Shown piece by piece: positions 9,347 through 18,659 of a stretch of DNA of 45,398 nucleotides. The position numbers and the translations under genes were made by a program. Every line of letters begins with the position of its first letter. Position 1 is the first letter of the stretch. The DNA comes from Polyangia bacterium (GTDB lineage: Bacteria > Myxococcota_A > Polyangia > JAAYKL01), in NCBI GenBank assembly GCA_050287845.1, contig JBNKCR010000097.1, positions 1 to 45,398 on the forward strand, given 5' to 3'. Under the pieces are notes generated by a model. It did not search any database and had not been told where the DNA came from. It saw only the letters and a list, made by a program, of their open reading frames with translations.

Positions 9347-9755
9347 TTTTCTCTCCCAAAATAATTAAACGAGTTCTGGTCGTCAGTATTAGAATTGTGA
9401 ACGCAGAACGGTTTTTGGTCAACTTTGTTAAAACAAACGTCATTATTCCATCCATTATGACGATTTTTACCATTTTCCCCGGTGCACAGCAAATATTCTC
9501 CTGAAAGTCCATGCCTGCAGGTTGAATACCGGTGGAAACCGGACCGCCAGCATCTGATTTACAGAAACCGGAAAGGGCATAAGGACTGATTTGACTTTAC
9601 CGAAAACCGGGAGCGCCACCGGAACCGTCTCTGGATAGATTGAAAATGCTTTAGAATCTCATGCGTTTTGAAGTTGTTAGCCCCCTGGATACGGGCTACA
9701 CTTTCTCCATTATTTTCATTTTCGTTTCAACAGTTTGCCGACAGGAGAACACAGC

Positions 9756-11411
9756 ATGAAACGCAGGTTCACCCTCGCCCAGAAATTGACAGGATCAATC
9801 GCGGCTGCGGTATTGTTGGGTATCGCTGTGGTTGTGGTCACATTTATCATCCACTTTAAACCGCAACTTACTCGGAATACTGAAAAAATGATTCTGAGAG
9901 GCACGACCTCATCGGCATACATGTATCTCTACAGATGGCAATATGATTTCAGACGATTGATTCGAGGAGTAAACGACAATGAAAGCAGCCGCGCGCTGAT
10001 AAAAAAATTTCAGAAAGAGATCGATGAGCATCCGGAAATCGCGGCCATCGGCCTGTTCCGGGTTTCCACGCCGGGGGCTGCAGGTTCAGATGGGAAAGCG
10101 GCCGGGCGGTTTGTTTTTGACGAGCTGGCAATGACCGCCAGAACGCCGATTGTCGACGATGCGCCTTTCACCGGAATAACGGATTTTTCGGCTCCAACCC
10201 GATATGTGTCTGGGGAAAATTCGTATGCGGCAGTTCCCATCAAAGACGGCGCACAGGTCATTGGTCTGATGCTGTTTTCGGAGCATACCCCTGCCTACAC
10301 TGACGCGGGACGGCGAATCTCCCGGGGCTTACTGTCCATGACATTTCTGTTTTTTGTGTTGTTACTGGCATTTGTTTTCTGGCTGGGGTCTCGAATGGGG
10401 AAACCCCTTGAGTGGCTTGCAGAGACAGCCGCTCAAATATCGTCTGGCGACTTGACAAAAAAAGTGAAAGTATCCAGTACCACGGTGGCTGAAATCGCCC
10501 GGCTGGGAACTGCAATTGAAAACATGGCACAAGCGCTTCGCGAGCAGGTCACCACAGTGAAATCTCTCACACAGCAGGCGGCGCTGGTGTCGAAAAGTGT
10601 GGCCAGTGCAATGAGCCATCTGGCTGGCGCAGCATCGGAACAGGCGGCTGCAGTTGCTGAAACCGCCATTACAGTGGAGGAGATGGAGCAGACCGGAAAG
10701 AATGTGGCTACATCGGTCAGGAGAATTGTGGATGCTGCCGAGCGGAGTGCCAGGGCATCGGAGCGGGGGCGTCAGGCAATCAATACTGCCAATGCGATCA
10801 TTGTGAAGATTCGCAATGATGCCGGGAACATTTCGTCGGGTAGCCTGGATTTGCTTTCCCATGTAGAGGAGGTGGGAAACGTCATAAAATCGGTGAACTC
10901 CATTTCTGAGCAATCTCAGATTCTCGCCGTGAATGCGTCCATTGAAGCGGCGAAAGCAGGCGAATATGGATCCGGTTTCGCAGTGGTGGCATCGGAGGTG
11001 AAAAATCTGGCCGGGCAGTCCAGGGAAGCCACGGGACAGATTACCAGAACGCTGATGGCCATCCGGAAATCGGTGCTGAACATGGTGCAACTGTCCAAAG
11101 ACGGTGAGGAGCGTACATCGAAGGGGGTCATTTCCATTGAACATACCGGTACCATCGTGAATGATTTAGGGGATGCCATTCAGGAAGCATCCCTGATGGC
11201 CAACGAAATCAATTCCTCGGTGACCCAGCAGTCTACCGGTTTAAGTCAGATTGCGACAGCCATTGAGGAAATCAACGCAAGCGCAATGGAAACCCAGGTC
11301 ATCTCCGCCGACATTGAATCCAATACCACCCGGATGTCAGCGTCGTTGGGTGAATTGCGTGTGCTGGTGGATGTCTGGCGAACCATTGATCAGGCGGAGA
11401 CGGGTACCTGA
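9756..11411 (+). CDS. Methyl-accepting chemotaxis protein (2 TM, HAMP, MCP signal domain)
   Basis: AGGAG RBS before ATG 9756; two TM helices; HAMP; ILAVNASIEAAKAGEYGSGFAVVASEVKNLA hairpin tip. Confidence 0.93.
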   Translation: MKRRFTLAQKLTGSIAAAVLLGIAVVVVTFIIHFKPQLTRNTEKMILRGTTSSAYMYLYRWQYDFRRLIRGVNDNESSRALIKKFQKEIDEHPEIAAIGLFRVSTPGAAGSDGKAAGRFVFDELAMTARTPIVDDAPFTGITDFSAPTRYVSGENSYAAVPIKDGAQVIGLMLFSEHTPAYTDAGRRISRGLLSMTFLFFVLLLAFVFWLGSRMGKPLEWLAETAAQISSGDLTKKVKVSSTTVAEIARLGTAIENMAQALREQVTTVKSLTQQAALVSKSVASAMSHLAGAASEQAAAVAETAITVEEMEQTGKNVATSVRRIVDAAERSARASERGRQAINTANAIIVKIRNDAGNISSGSLDLLSHVEEVGNVIKSVNSISEQSQILAVNASIEAAKAGEYGSGFAVVASEVKNLAGQSREATGQITRTLMAIRKSVLNMVQLSKDGEERTSKGVISIEHTGTIVNDLGDAIQEASLMANEINSSVTQQSTGLSQIATAIEEINASAMETQVISADIESNTTRMSASLGELRVLVDVWRTIDQAETGT

Positions 11412-11444
11412 CCTGGAGCCGGGGGGCCGAATACGTCTGAAACA

Positions 11445-12674
11445 TTATTCAACAAATATGACCCGATCCAGTGTGCCGTACAGGGCGTCTTCGGCAATCA
11501 CATATAAATTGGGGCCAACGGGAAACAGGTCAATGGCGTCATCCACGTGGTGGAGGGGACCGCAAACCACCGGGGGCGTGTAGAAGTTGAACTGACCACT
11601 GAATAAATCGCCCCCCTGTGTCATGAGGACAAATTCAGCATTGTTCTGATAAAAATGAAAATCGAGGATGTCCAAATCCATGGCGCAGCTGAGCATGGCA
11701 TATCTGGGATCTCCCCGTCCGATGAACCCATCTCCAGCCGTAAACAGAATCTCCCGTTCTTCGTTGACAGATGCCGAAGTCAACTCTGAATCAATATTGA
11801 CAACACCGGTGAGCCACTGGTCGTCGTAGTGGGTGAAAATATCGCCATTCTCCGACAACGCGTGGATGAGGATGTCGCCGTTCGGTTGGGAGATTGCCAT
11901 GCTGACAATGGGGGCGCTGACCTGTTCGGCATCGATTTCCGTTACCCATTCATTCCCGTCAAAACAGATGAGGGCATCACCGTGGAGGCACAGACGATGC
12001 ACTGACCTGTCGGTGGCAGTGGTTTTCGCTGCCAGGTAAGTGGCGCCGGTCAGCACAAGGTCGGTTTCCAGTTCGGGCCAGTTGGTGTCCGTCAGAACAG
12101 AGCTGCCACTGTCCCGGGGAACATCAATGATTCGATATCGGTTTCCCTCCCGGAATACCGCCACCTGACGAGTGGTGGTACCGAAAGTACCCTGCGGGGA
12201 GTACGCCACACCTATCCATTCACTGTCCCCGGTTTCCGGGGGAGGCAACGTCATCACAGTTGCCAGACGGTTGAAGTCTGATGACGACCACAGTTCATCA
12301 AACTTCACCTGGATGACAAAGGGCACTGCTGAGCTTTCGATGTCGAATATACCGAGGATAATATCTCTGGTCGCGTGGGTGAATCGCGCGGGGTAATCCA
12401 GCCAATCCGCTGAGACGACTAAAAGACCGGGCGTGGCAAAGGTGCCGGTTTCATCCGGGCACGTCCGTACAATATCTCCGGGGCACAGGGGTACGCCGGG
12501 ATCTGTGTCCACCTCCACGGAGGCGTCCACCCGGGTGATGGCGTCCTGACTTCCGTCAAATGGGCCGGTAGTGTCCACGACTGCGCTGTCGTCCAGGAGT
12601 CCCGGACCACAAGCCAGGGCAAAGAGTCCGCTGCTCCACAGTATGACGCATATGACCACCGGATATCGGTTCAT
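11445..12674 (-). CDS. Putative beta-rich lipoprotein of unknown function, last gene of the ECF-caspase operon
   Basis: MNRYPVVICVILWSSGLFALAC signal with lipobox Cys; ATG overlaps the caspase gene stop (ATGA). Confidence 0.65.
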   Translation of the reverse strand: MNRYPVVICVILWSSGLFALACGPGLLDDSAVVDTTGPFDGSQDAITRVDASVEVDTDPGVPLCPGDIVRTCPDETGTFATPGLLVVSADWLDYPARFTHATRDIILGIFDIESSAVPFVIQVKFDELWSSSDFNRLATVMTLPPPETGDSEWIGVAYSPQGTFGTTTRQVAVFREGNRYRIIDVPRDSGSSVLTDTNWPELETDLVLTGATYLAAKTTATDRSVHRLCLHGDALICFDGNEWVTEIDAEQVSAPIVSMAISQPNGDILIHALSENGDIFTHYDDQWLTGVVNIDSELTSASVNEEREILFTAGDGFIGRGDPRYAMLSCAMDLDILDFHFYQNNAEFVLMTQGGDLFSGQFNFYTPPVVCGPLHHVDDAIDLFPVGPNLYVIAEDALYGTLDRVIFVE

Positions 12675-14245
12675 CTCGTTCCCCATGAAAGGCCGGCACC
12701 GGCCAGCGCCTGAAATTCGAATCCCGGTACCCATCCACGGTTGACAATCTGAAAAACGCGTCCCCCGGCACCGACATCTGCAAAAAGGTACACGAATGAC
12801 AGGGGCACTTCAATCCCCATCGAACCGACTCCCGAAAATGCGGAGGTATGGGGGCGGGTGGTCATGGGTATGTCGGTGGACAACGCGTCCTGAAACATGT
12901 GTTCGTACCCCATCAGCACTTCCAGATGCAACGCAATGAACGAGACATCAAATGTGTATCCGATACCCACGTTCACCCCCACATCGTGGTAGGCTCGTCC
13001 GGTTTTTCCATGTGCGGCGGAAGTGGTGAAGAGTCTGACCGTGGGCTGGATGCCATTGGCCGCCTGGAGCCGATAATGAATCCCCACCCCCCATGGCGTC
13101 CCGACATCTTCCAGCGGGCTGGTTCGCCACATGGCAAAGCCGCCTACCTTGTGGCGCCACGCGTATTCCGGCGTTCTGAAAAGTCCTCCTCTGGCAACGG
13201 ATTGAATGAGAGTGGTGGTGCTGAAATCATCCGGTCCCAAAGTGGTGGTCTGATGGGGCGCCACCTCGGTTTCAGCGACACGGACCGCTCCGCTCTGTTT
13301 GACAATGTAAACAATGTACACCCCCGGCGGGACGCTGAATCGAACGGGTTCATCCCGAACGGCTTCGGCTTCGGCCAGCACTTCTTCTCCGATGCCATCC
13401 AGCAGCAGGATTCGACCGGATTCCAGGTACGGGATTTCTACGGCGGAATAGGACTTCCGGGTGTGGGTGAGCACAATCTCGCCGCGTCCCTTCAACTGAA
13501 AGTGGTACATGGGATGCTGACTTCCTCCCTCCGCGGTGGAGGTCTGGGCAAGGGTCCTGGCATATGCGTACTCGTAGGCTTCCTGCAGGGTGATTCGGCC
13601 ATCCCCGGATGTGTCGCCTTTGCCCCGGAGTGCGGACGCCAGGTGATGGGTGAAGAAAGCGCCGCGGAGTTCCCTTGATTCCTGACTCAGTTCATTGCGG
13701 GCGCTCGAAGTGATGATGGCATAGCCGGATGACGAAATTTCGTCGCTGACCTTTATGTGAAATGCCTTACCCTTTTTGGCTCCCTTCGATGCAATGAGTT
13801 GACCGCTGTGGCAGGAATCCACAAAAGCCAGGCGCGTTCCCGTTTTTGAGCGTTCGAGAAATTGTTTCAGTTCCCGGTATTTGACCAGGGTGTTTCCCAG
13901 TTCCAGGGCATCCTGTCCGGCATGACCCGAATAGTACACCAGCAGCAGGGTTTCCTCTCCCGCATTCCGGGCGATTTCCGACTTCGATTCCAGTTCATTC
14001 AGGCTTCGCCAGAACTCCCTGGCGGATGCGTCGAGTAAAAGCACGGTATTTTCCTTTTTGAATCGACCGAGCTCCGTGAGCAATTGGTACATCTTCCGGG
14101 CATCCCGCGTGGCGTACTGAAGTGATTCTCTTTTATCCTCTCCCTGATTGTTGCCGACAATCAGGGCAAATCGCGTCGTCGCAGCAGCATTGCCCGCAAA
14201 TACGCTGACCAGAAGCAGACAGATGAAGGACCAGCGCACCATCAT
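12671..14245 (-). CDS. Exported caspase-family (peptidase C14) protease with C-terminal beta-rich, possibly outer-membrane, domain
   Basis: Signal peptide; RFALIVGNN, LQYATRDA, YYSGHA (catalytic His), FVDSCHSG (catalytic Cys), GAFFTHHL, DTSGDGRITLQEAY. Confidence 0.88.
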   Translation of the reverse strand: MMVRWSFICLLLVSVFAGNAAATTRFALIVGNNQGEDKRESLQYATRDARKMYQLLTELGRFKKENTVLLLDASAREFWRSLNELESKSEIARNAGEETLLLVYYSGHAGQDALELGNTLVKYRELKQFLERSKTGTRLAFVDSCHSGQLIASKGAKKGKAFHIKVSDEISSSGYAIITSSARNELSQESRELRGAFFTHHLASALRGKGDTSGDGRITLQEAYEYAYARTLAQTSTAEGGSQHPMYHFQLKGRGEIVLTHTRKSYSAVEIPYLESGRILLLDGIGEEVLAEAEAVRDEPVRFSVPPGVYIVYIVKQSGAVRVAETEVAPHQTTTLGPDDFSTTTLIQSVARGGLFRTPEYAWRHKVGGFAMWRTSPLEDVGTPWGVGIHYRLQAANGIQPTVRLFTTSAAHGKTGRAYHDVGVNVGIGYTFDVSFIALHLEVLMGYEHMFQDALSTDIPMTTRPHTSAFSGVGSMGIEVPLSFVYLFADVGAGGRVFQIVNRGWVPGFEFQALAGAGLSWGTR

Positions 14246-15072
14246 TCTTTTTGAATCGTTAGTAGATTGATGGTGGCGTCCTGCAACGGCGCTGGCAGCT
14301 CGTTGGGCAACATGGACGGGGAACCTCCGCTCAATTGGTTGTTCTCAATCAGCTTTTTTGCCAGACCAGAATCAATGAGGTCCGTTTTAAAGGGAGTCTT
14401 TGAAAAAATGGTCACGAAGTATTCTTCGTCCGTGGCATCATCCAGCACAACGCTGTCGGGCAGGGTGTGCCGTCCCGGAGTCGGAATTTCAAGTGCCTGT
14501 CCTTCCGAGGCCGAATCCGCAGCGGGGTACAGAACGGTAAACTGCCCCCGGCTGTCCAGGTCGCCGATCAGCAGATATCCCGGTGTTCCGGTCTGGACCG
14601 TGAAGCGCAGGGCATCGTTTTCCCGAAGCCGGGCGCCCTCATCCACAGCGAACTGATTGCGGTTGCGCCGCGCAACCACGGACACACTGAATTGTCCCTT
14701 GTATGCCATGTCGGGCAACGGCGCTGACGGCTGCATGAGCGTGGCGGAGGCCAGCACCATGATGAGCACCGCGGCCGCTGCGGCAACGGGAACGGCCCAC
14801 CTGAAATTTTTTGCCCCGAAGAGCAGCATCACTGTGCCCTGCTTCTTTTTATTGGCGGCAACTTCAGCTTCGCCGACAAGTGCCTGTTTGAGTGCCACCT
14901 GATGCCGGGACATCTGTTGTTCGTACATACCCGCATTTTCTTTCAGTGTCTCAAGCGCCCGTTGACACCCGTGACATTCTCCGAGGTGGCGGGTGGTTTC
15001 TTCCTGTTGGGCTTCATTGAGGTCGCCGGTATGAAAAGCGGCCAGCACAAGTCGTGAAGGACAGTCACTCAT
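14242..15072 (-). CDS. Zinc-binding anti-sigma factor (zf-HC2) with one TM and a periplasmic DUF4384-like domain
   Basis: HLGECHGC (HxxxCxxC), hydrophobic helix, LRENDALRFTV..PGYLLIGDLDSRGQFTVLYP pattern; ATG overlaps the sigma gene end. Confidence 0.8.
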   Translation of the reverse strand: MSDCPSRLVLAAFHTGDLNEAQQEETTRHLGECHGCQRALETLKENAGMYEQQMSRHQVALKQALVGEAEVAANKKKQGTVMLLFGAKNFRWAVPVAAAAAVLIMVLASATLMQPSAPLPDMAYKGQFSVSVVARRNRNQFAVDEGARLRENDALRFTVQTGTPGYLLIGDLDSRGQFTVLYPAADSASEGQALEIPTPGRHTLPDSVVLDDATDEEYFVTIFSKTPFKTDLIDSGLAKKLIENNQLSGGSPSMLPNELPAPLQDATINLLTIQKE

Positions 15073-15613
15073 TTTTCTTTGTCTCCATCGGCTGAGGTGG
15101 CGTTGTGATCCGCGCCAGCTCCTGAACATACCCTTTGAGACGGGTCAGTCGCTTCACCACTGCGCGCCGTGAGATGCCCATGGCGTCGGCAACCTCCTGC
15201 TGATTCATGCCCAGAATAAAATGAGAAACAACGATCTCCATGTTCCGTTCGTCAAGGGATTCCTGCAACCCCATGAGCTGTGTGCGCACAGCGATGCGAT
15301 TTGCAGGATCTGCAAACTGATCAGTTACATGGTGCTCCATCTCAATATTTTCCACGGGCAGCGCTCCCTTCCGCTTTTTCGTGCGCAGCATTTTCAGGCA
15401 GACATTTGTGCCAATGCGATACAGCCAGGGCAGATAACTGTCACCGTAGGTAAACGAATCCAGCGCCCTGAACGCATTGATAAACGTTTCCTGTACAGCA
15501 TCTTCAGCCTCGGCCGCATCTTTCAGTATGCGCACGCACAAATCAAAAATAACGCCCGCGTACTTGCGGTGCAGTGATTCGATTTGCGTGGTGCGATCCG
15601 TCTCAGTTGTCAT
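15065..15613 (-). CDS. ECF RNA polymerase sigma factor
   Basis: AEAEDAVQETFINAF, PWLYRIGTNVCL (region 2); GMNQQEVADAMGISRRAV (region 4). Confidence 0.93.
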   Translation of the reverse strand: MTTETDRTTQIESLHRKYAGVIFDLCVRILKDAAEAEDAVQETFINAFRALDSFTYGDSYLPWLYRIGTNVCLKMLRTKKRKGALPVENIEMEHHVTDQFADPANRIAVRTQLMGLQESLDERNMEIVVSHFILGMNQQEVADAMGISRRAVVKRLTRLKGYVQELARITTPPQPMETKKNE

Positions 15614-15868
15614 ATTTCAAGTCCCACTGCGTTAGATTCTGAGAACCGCTTTTTTGCTATTTCTTCTGTTTTATCGCCAGACCGGCGTACCGGCAATCGT
15701 CGTTGAAGTTACAAAGTCATTAAAAAGTTTTTATTTCGGCAGGTGTGAAATATCAACTTTTTTGTTTTCTGGTGAAAAGTGTGTGCTAAGCTTTCTGGCG
15801 ATTTCAAAAAAGAGTGCGGAATCATTCGAGGATATTCCTCGCATGGAAGTACTTACGGAGGTTGACCT

Positions 15869-16567
15869 ATGCAGCAGAACATCGAATTTGGACCGGCGTA
15901 CGCCATGTCCACCATAGACCTGGCGCCAGGAGAAAGTGTCACTGTGGAAGCCGGTTCCATGGTCGGGATGAGCGAAGGGCTGGAGATAAAAACGACGATT
16001 GGTGGCAACCGGATGGGATTTTTCGGAAAACTGCTGAATTTCCTGTTGGCGCTGGTTCGAAAATTTCTGGGTGGAGAGAGCTTCTTTGTCAATACCTACA
16101 CACCTCCCCAGGGACAGAATGGACAGTTGATGATTGCCCCGGCGCTGTCGGGGGACATTATTCACTACGGTCTCGACGGCAATAAATCCCTGATTGTTCA
16201 GGCCAGCAGCTACCTGGCTTCTTCCGGGGATATTACAGTGAAAACGAAGTTCGGCGGACTGAAGAGCCTGTTTTCCGGAGAAGGGGCATTCTGGCTTCAG
16301 TGCAGCGGTAGCGGTGACCTGTGGGTGAACTGCTATGGCGCCATTCACGAAATCGATGTGCAGGGCTCATACACTGTGGATACAGGGCATATTGTGGCGT
16401 TCGATGACACCCTGGACTACAAAATCAAGGGCGCTGGGGGATTGAAATCAACCCTGATGTCCGGCGAAGGCCTGGTGTGCCAGTTCAATGGAAACGGCAA
16501 ACTGTTCATTCAGTCCAGAAATCTCGGCGCCATGGTGGGATGGATCAGTCCCCGACTGCCGGCATAA
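15869..16567 (+). CDS. AIM24/TIGR00266 family protein (copy 1)
   Basis: VEAGSMVGMS, GGESFFVNTY, SGEGAFW, VDTGHIVAF, GEGLV..F.G.GKLFIQSRN; GGAGG RBS. Confidence 0.9.
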   Translation: MQQNIEFGPAYAMSTIDLAPGESVTVEAGSMVGMSEGLEIKTTIGGNRMGFFGKLLNFLLALVRKFLGGESFFVNTYTPPQGQNGQLMIAPALSGDIIHYGLDGNKSLIVQASSYLASSGDITVKTKFGGLKSLFSGEGAFWLQCSGSGDLWVNCYGAIHEIDVQGSYTVDTGHIVAFDDTLDYKIKGAGGLKSTLMSGEGLVCQFNGNGKLFIQSRNLGAMVGWISPRLPA

Positions 16568-16580
16568 TAAGGAGTTTACC

Positions 16581-17267
16581 ATGCAATTCAACATAGAGTT
16601 TGGCCCAGCATATGCGCTGGCAATCGCAAAATTGGACCAGGGGGATGCAGTGATGGCGGAAAGTGGCGCCATGGTGACTCAGGACGCACACATCCGCATG
16701 GAGACATCAGCGTCCCAGGGAAAAGGGGTCGGTGGCTTCCTCAAAGGACTGGGGCGCTCCCTGTTTCTGGGCGAATCATTTTTTCGCAATACCTTTCACG
16801 CCGACAACGGTCCGGGAGAAGTCACATTCGCACCGAGCCTGCCCGGTGATATCATGCTCTACGACATGACTGGCAGCGATTTAATCGTTCAGCAGCAGTC
16901 CTATCTGGCCAGTGGTACCGGCGTGGAAATCGAAACCAAGTGGGGCGGTTTCAAGAGCTTTTTCAGCGAAGGGCGAATGTTCTGGATTCGGGCCTTCGGC
17001 AATGGACCTCTGGCCCTGAACGCCTTTGGCGCAATCAAGGAAATTGAAATCGATGGCAGTTATATCGTGGACACCGGACATATCGTGGCGTTCGAACCGT
17101 CGTTGACGTTCACCATCCGACGCGTGGGGTCCTGGTTTTCCACGTTTTTCTCCTCGGAAGGGCTGGTCTGCCGTTTCGAGGGCAAAGGAAAACTGTTCAT
17201 TCAATCCCGAAACCCGGCGGAATTCGGATCTCTGGTCGGCGGCAAGTTGCCTCCGCGGAATAAATAA
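16581..17267 (+). CDS. AIM24/TIGR00266 family protein (copy 2)
   Basis: AAGGAG RBS before ATG 16581; AESGAMV, GESFFRNTF, VDTGHIVAF, EGLV..GKLFIQSRN. Confidence 0.9.
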   Translation: MQFNIEFGPAYALAIAKLDQGDAVMAESGAMVTQDAHIRMETSASQGKGVGGFLKGLGRSLFLGESFFRNTFHADNGPGEVTFAPSLPGDIMLYDMTGSDLIVQQQSYLASGTGVEIETKWGGFKSFFSEGRMFWIRAFGNGPLALNAFGAIKEIEIDGSYIVDTGHIVAFEPSLTFTIRRVGSWFSTFFSSEGLVCRFEGKGKLFIQSRNPAEFGSLVGGKLPPRNK

Positions 17268-17281
17268 CGAAGGAGCACCAG

Positions 17282-17959
17282 ATGCCATACGAAATAAAAA
17301 GTTCACCAGATTTTGCCATCATTGACTACAAACTGGCTGCCGGTGAATCAGTCGTTGCCGAGTCCGGTGCCATGGTGTCCATGTCATCGAATATTAAAAT
17401 GAAAACCGAAGCGCGCGGCGGCATTTTTGCCGCGGCCAAACGAAAACTGCTGGGTGGAGAATCGATTTTTCAGAATACATTCACTGCCGAAGGCGGAGAA
17501 GGGCACGTGATGCTGGCGCCGGGCTCCCCCGGGGATATCATGTCGTTCGATTTGGCCGAAGGCAAGTCACTCATGATTCAGTCATCCGCGTATGTGGCTG
17601 CTACGCCCGATGTGAAGCTGGACACCAAATGGGGTGGGGTAAAGGGCTTTTTCAGTGGGACAGGCATGTTCCTGCTCAAGGCCACGGGCCCGGGCACCGT
17701 GTTCGTGGCGTCCTACGGCGCCATTTATCCCAAAAACTGTGAAGGCGAGTATATCGTCGATACCGATCACATTGTTGCCTTTGAAGACACGGTGAACTAC
17801 TCCATCTCGAAAGTGGGGGGGATCAAGTCCCTGTTTTTCGGCGGTGAGGGATTGGTGGCAAAATTCAGTGGTAACGGAATGGTGTACGCCCAGACTCGAA
17901 GTCCCGGGCAGCTGGCCAGCTTCCTGCATCCATATCGGCCTGTGAAGAACAGCAATTGA
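17282..17959 (+). CDS. AIM24/TIGR00266 family protein (copy 3)
   Basis: AAGGAG RBS; AESGAMVSMS, GGESIFQNTF, VDTDHIVAF, GEGLVAKFSG..QTRS. Confidence 0.9.
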   Translation: MPYEIKSSPDFAIIDYKLAAGESVVAESGAMVSMSSNIKMKTEARGGIFAAAKRKLLGGESIFQNTFTAEGGEGHVMLAPGSPGDIMSFDLAEGKSLMIQSSAYVAATPDVKLDTKWGGVKGFFSGTGMFLLKATGPGTVFVASYGAIYPKNCEGEYIVDTDHIVAFEDTVNYSISKVGGIKSLFFGGEGLVAKFSGNGMVYAQTRSPGQLASFLHPYRPVKNSN

Positions 17960-18084
17960 ATTCAAGTGAATTCTGTTGATCCCGCGCATTCTCCTGCTAT
18001 GATAGCGCCCGATTCTGCGTTTCTTAAGATAAAGTTTTCCGCCCTTGCACAGCTGGTGCCGGGGGGACGTTGAAAGGACAGAAA

Positions 18085-18252
18085 ATGGGAGAGAACAATT
18101 CCAGACTGGCCGAAGAAGTGGCAAAGCTCGACGCCGAAATCCGGGAGCTCGAAAAACAGATTGGCGAATCCGAGGCCGACATTGTCAGCCGGGTCATTTT
18201 TCGGGTGAACGACATTATCGATAAGGAAATCCGTCTGGTGGACGGCAATTGA
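18085..18252 (+). CDS. Small hypothetical coiled-coil protein (55 aa)
   Basis: AAGGA RBS before ATG 18085; heptad pattern LAEEVAKLDAEIRELEKQI; fills an intergenic gap. Confidence 0.55.
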   Translation: MGENNSRLAEEVAKLDAEIRELEKQIGESEADIVSRVIFRVNDIIDKEIRLVDGN

Positions 18253-18283
18253 TTGGAAGCGGTGCGATCAATGCACCGGGGGT

Positions 18284-18655
18284 CTACAGTTCAGTTTCTT
18301 CGCCAACGCAAGCCATGTTGGAATCGGCGGTATAGTAGTACACGTAATGGACCATTATCGGGCTCTCGTTGTCCTCTGATACCTTCGTTTCCTGAATACA
18401 TACCCGTGCATACAGTGCCTGTTCGCAGGAAGAGGCGGACCAGCTGCCACCGCTGAAAAAGATGCATTCCGATTTGAATGCAGGATATGCTTCTTCTATT
18501 TCGTAACAGTATTGCTCGCCATCCCGGGTGGATGTACAGCTGCCATTTCCTTCAACCGCAGTGTCGCTGTTGTCTGAATCACCGGCATCATCGCAGGCCA
18601 CCAGCAGTAGCAGTATCCAGAACAGTGTGCCGGACAGAATTAAAGATCTGATCAC
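18284..18655 (-). CDS. Small Cys-rich putative lipoprotein
   Basis: Hydrophobic signal ending LLVAC; six further Cys; starts 4 nt after the MMPL stop. Confidence 0.7.
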   Translation of the reverse strand: MIRSLILSGTLFWILLLLVACDDAGDSDNSDTAVEGNGSCTSTRDGEQYCYEIEEAYPAFKSECIFFSGGSWSASSCEQALYARVCIQETKVSEDNESPIMVHYVYYYTADSNMACVGEETEL

Positions 18656-18659
18656 GATA

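Noticed and set aside
9480..9660. Possible c-di-GMP riboswitch between the che operon and the MCP gene
   Set aside because: Only AAACCGG repeats and a GAAA are visible; the paired P1/P2 stems and GCAAA elements of the known class could not be assembled
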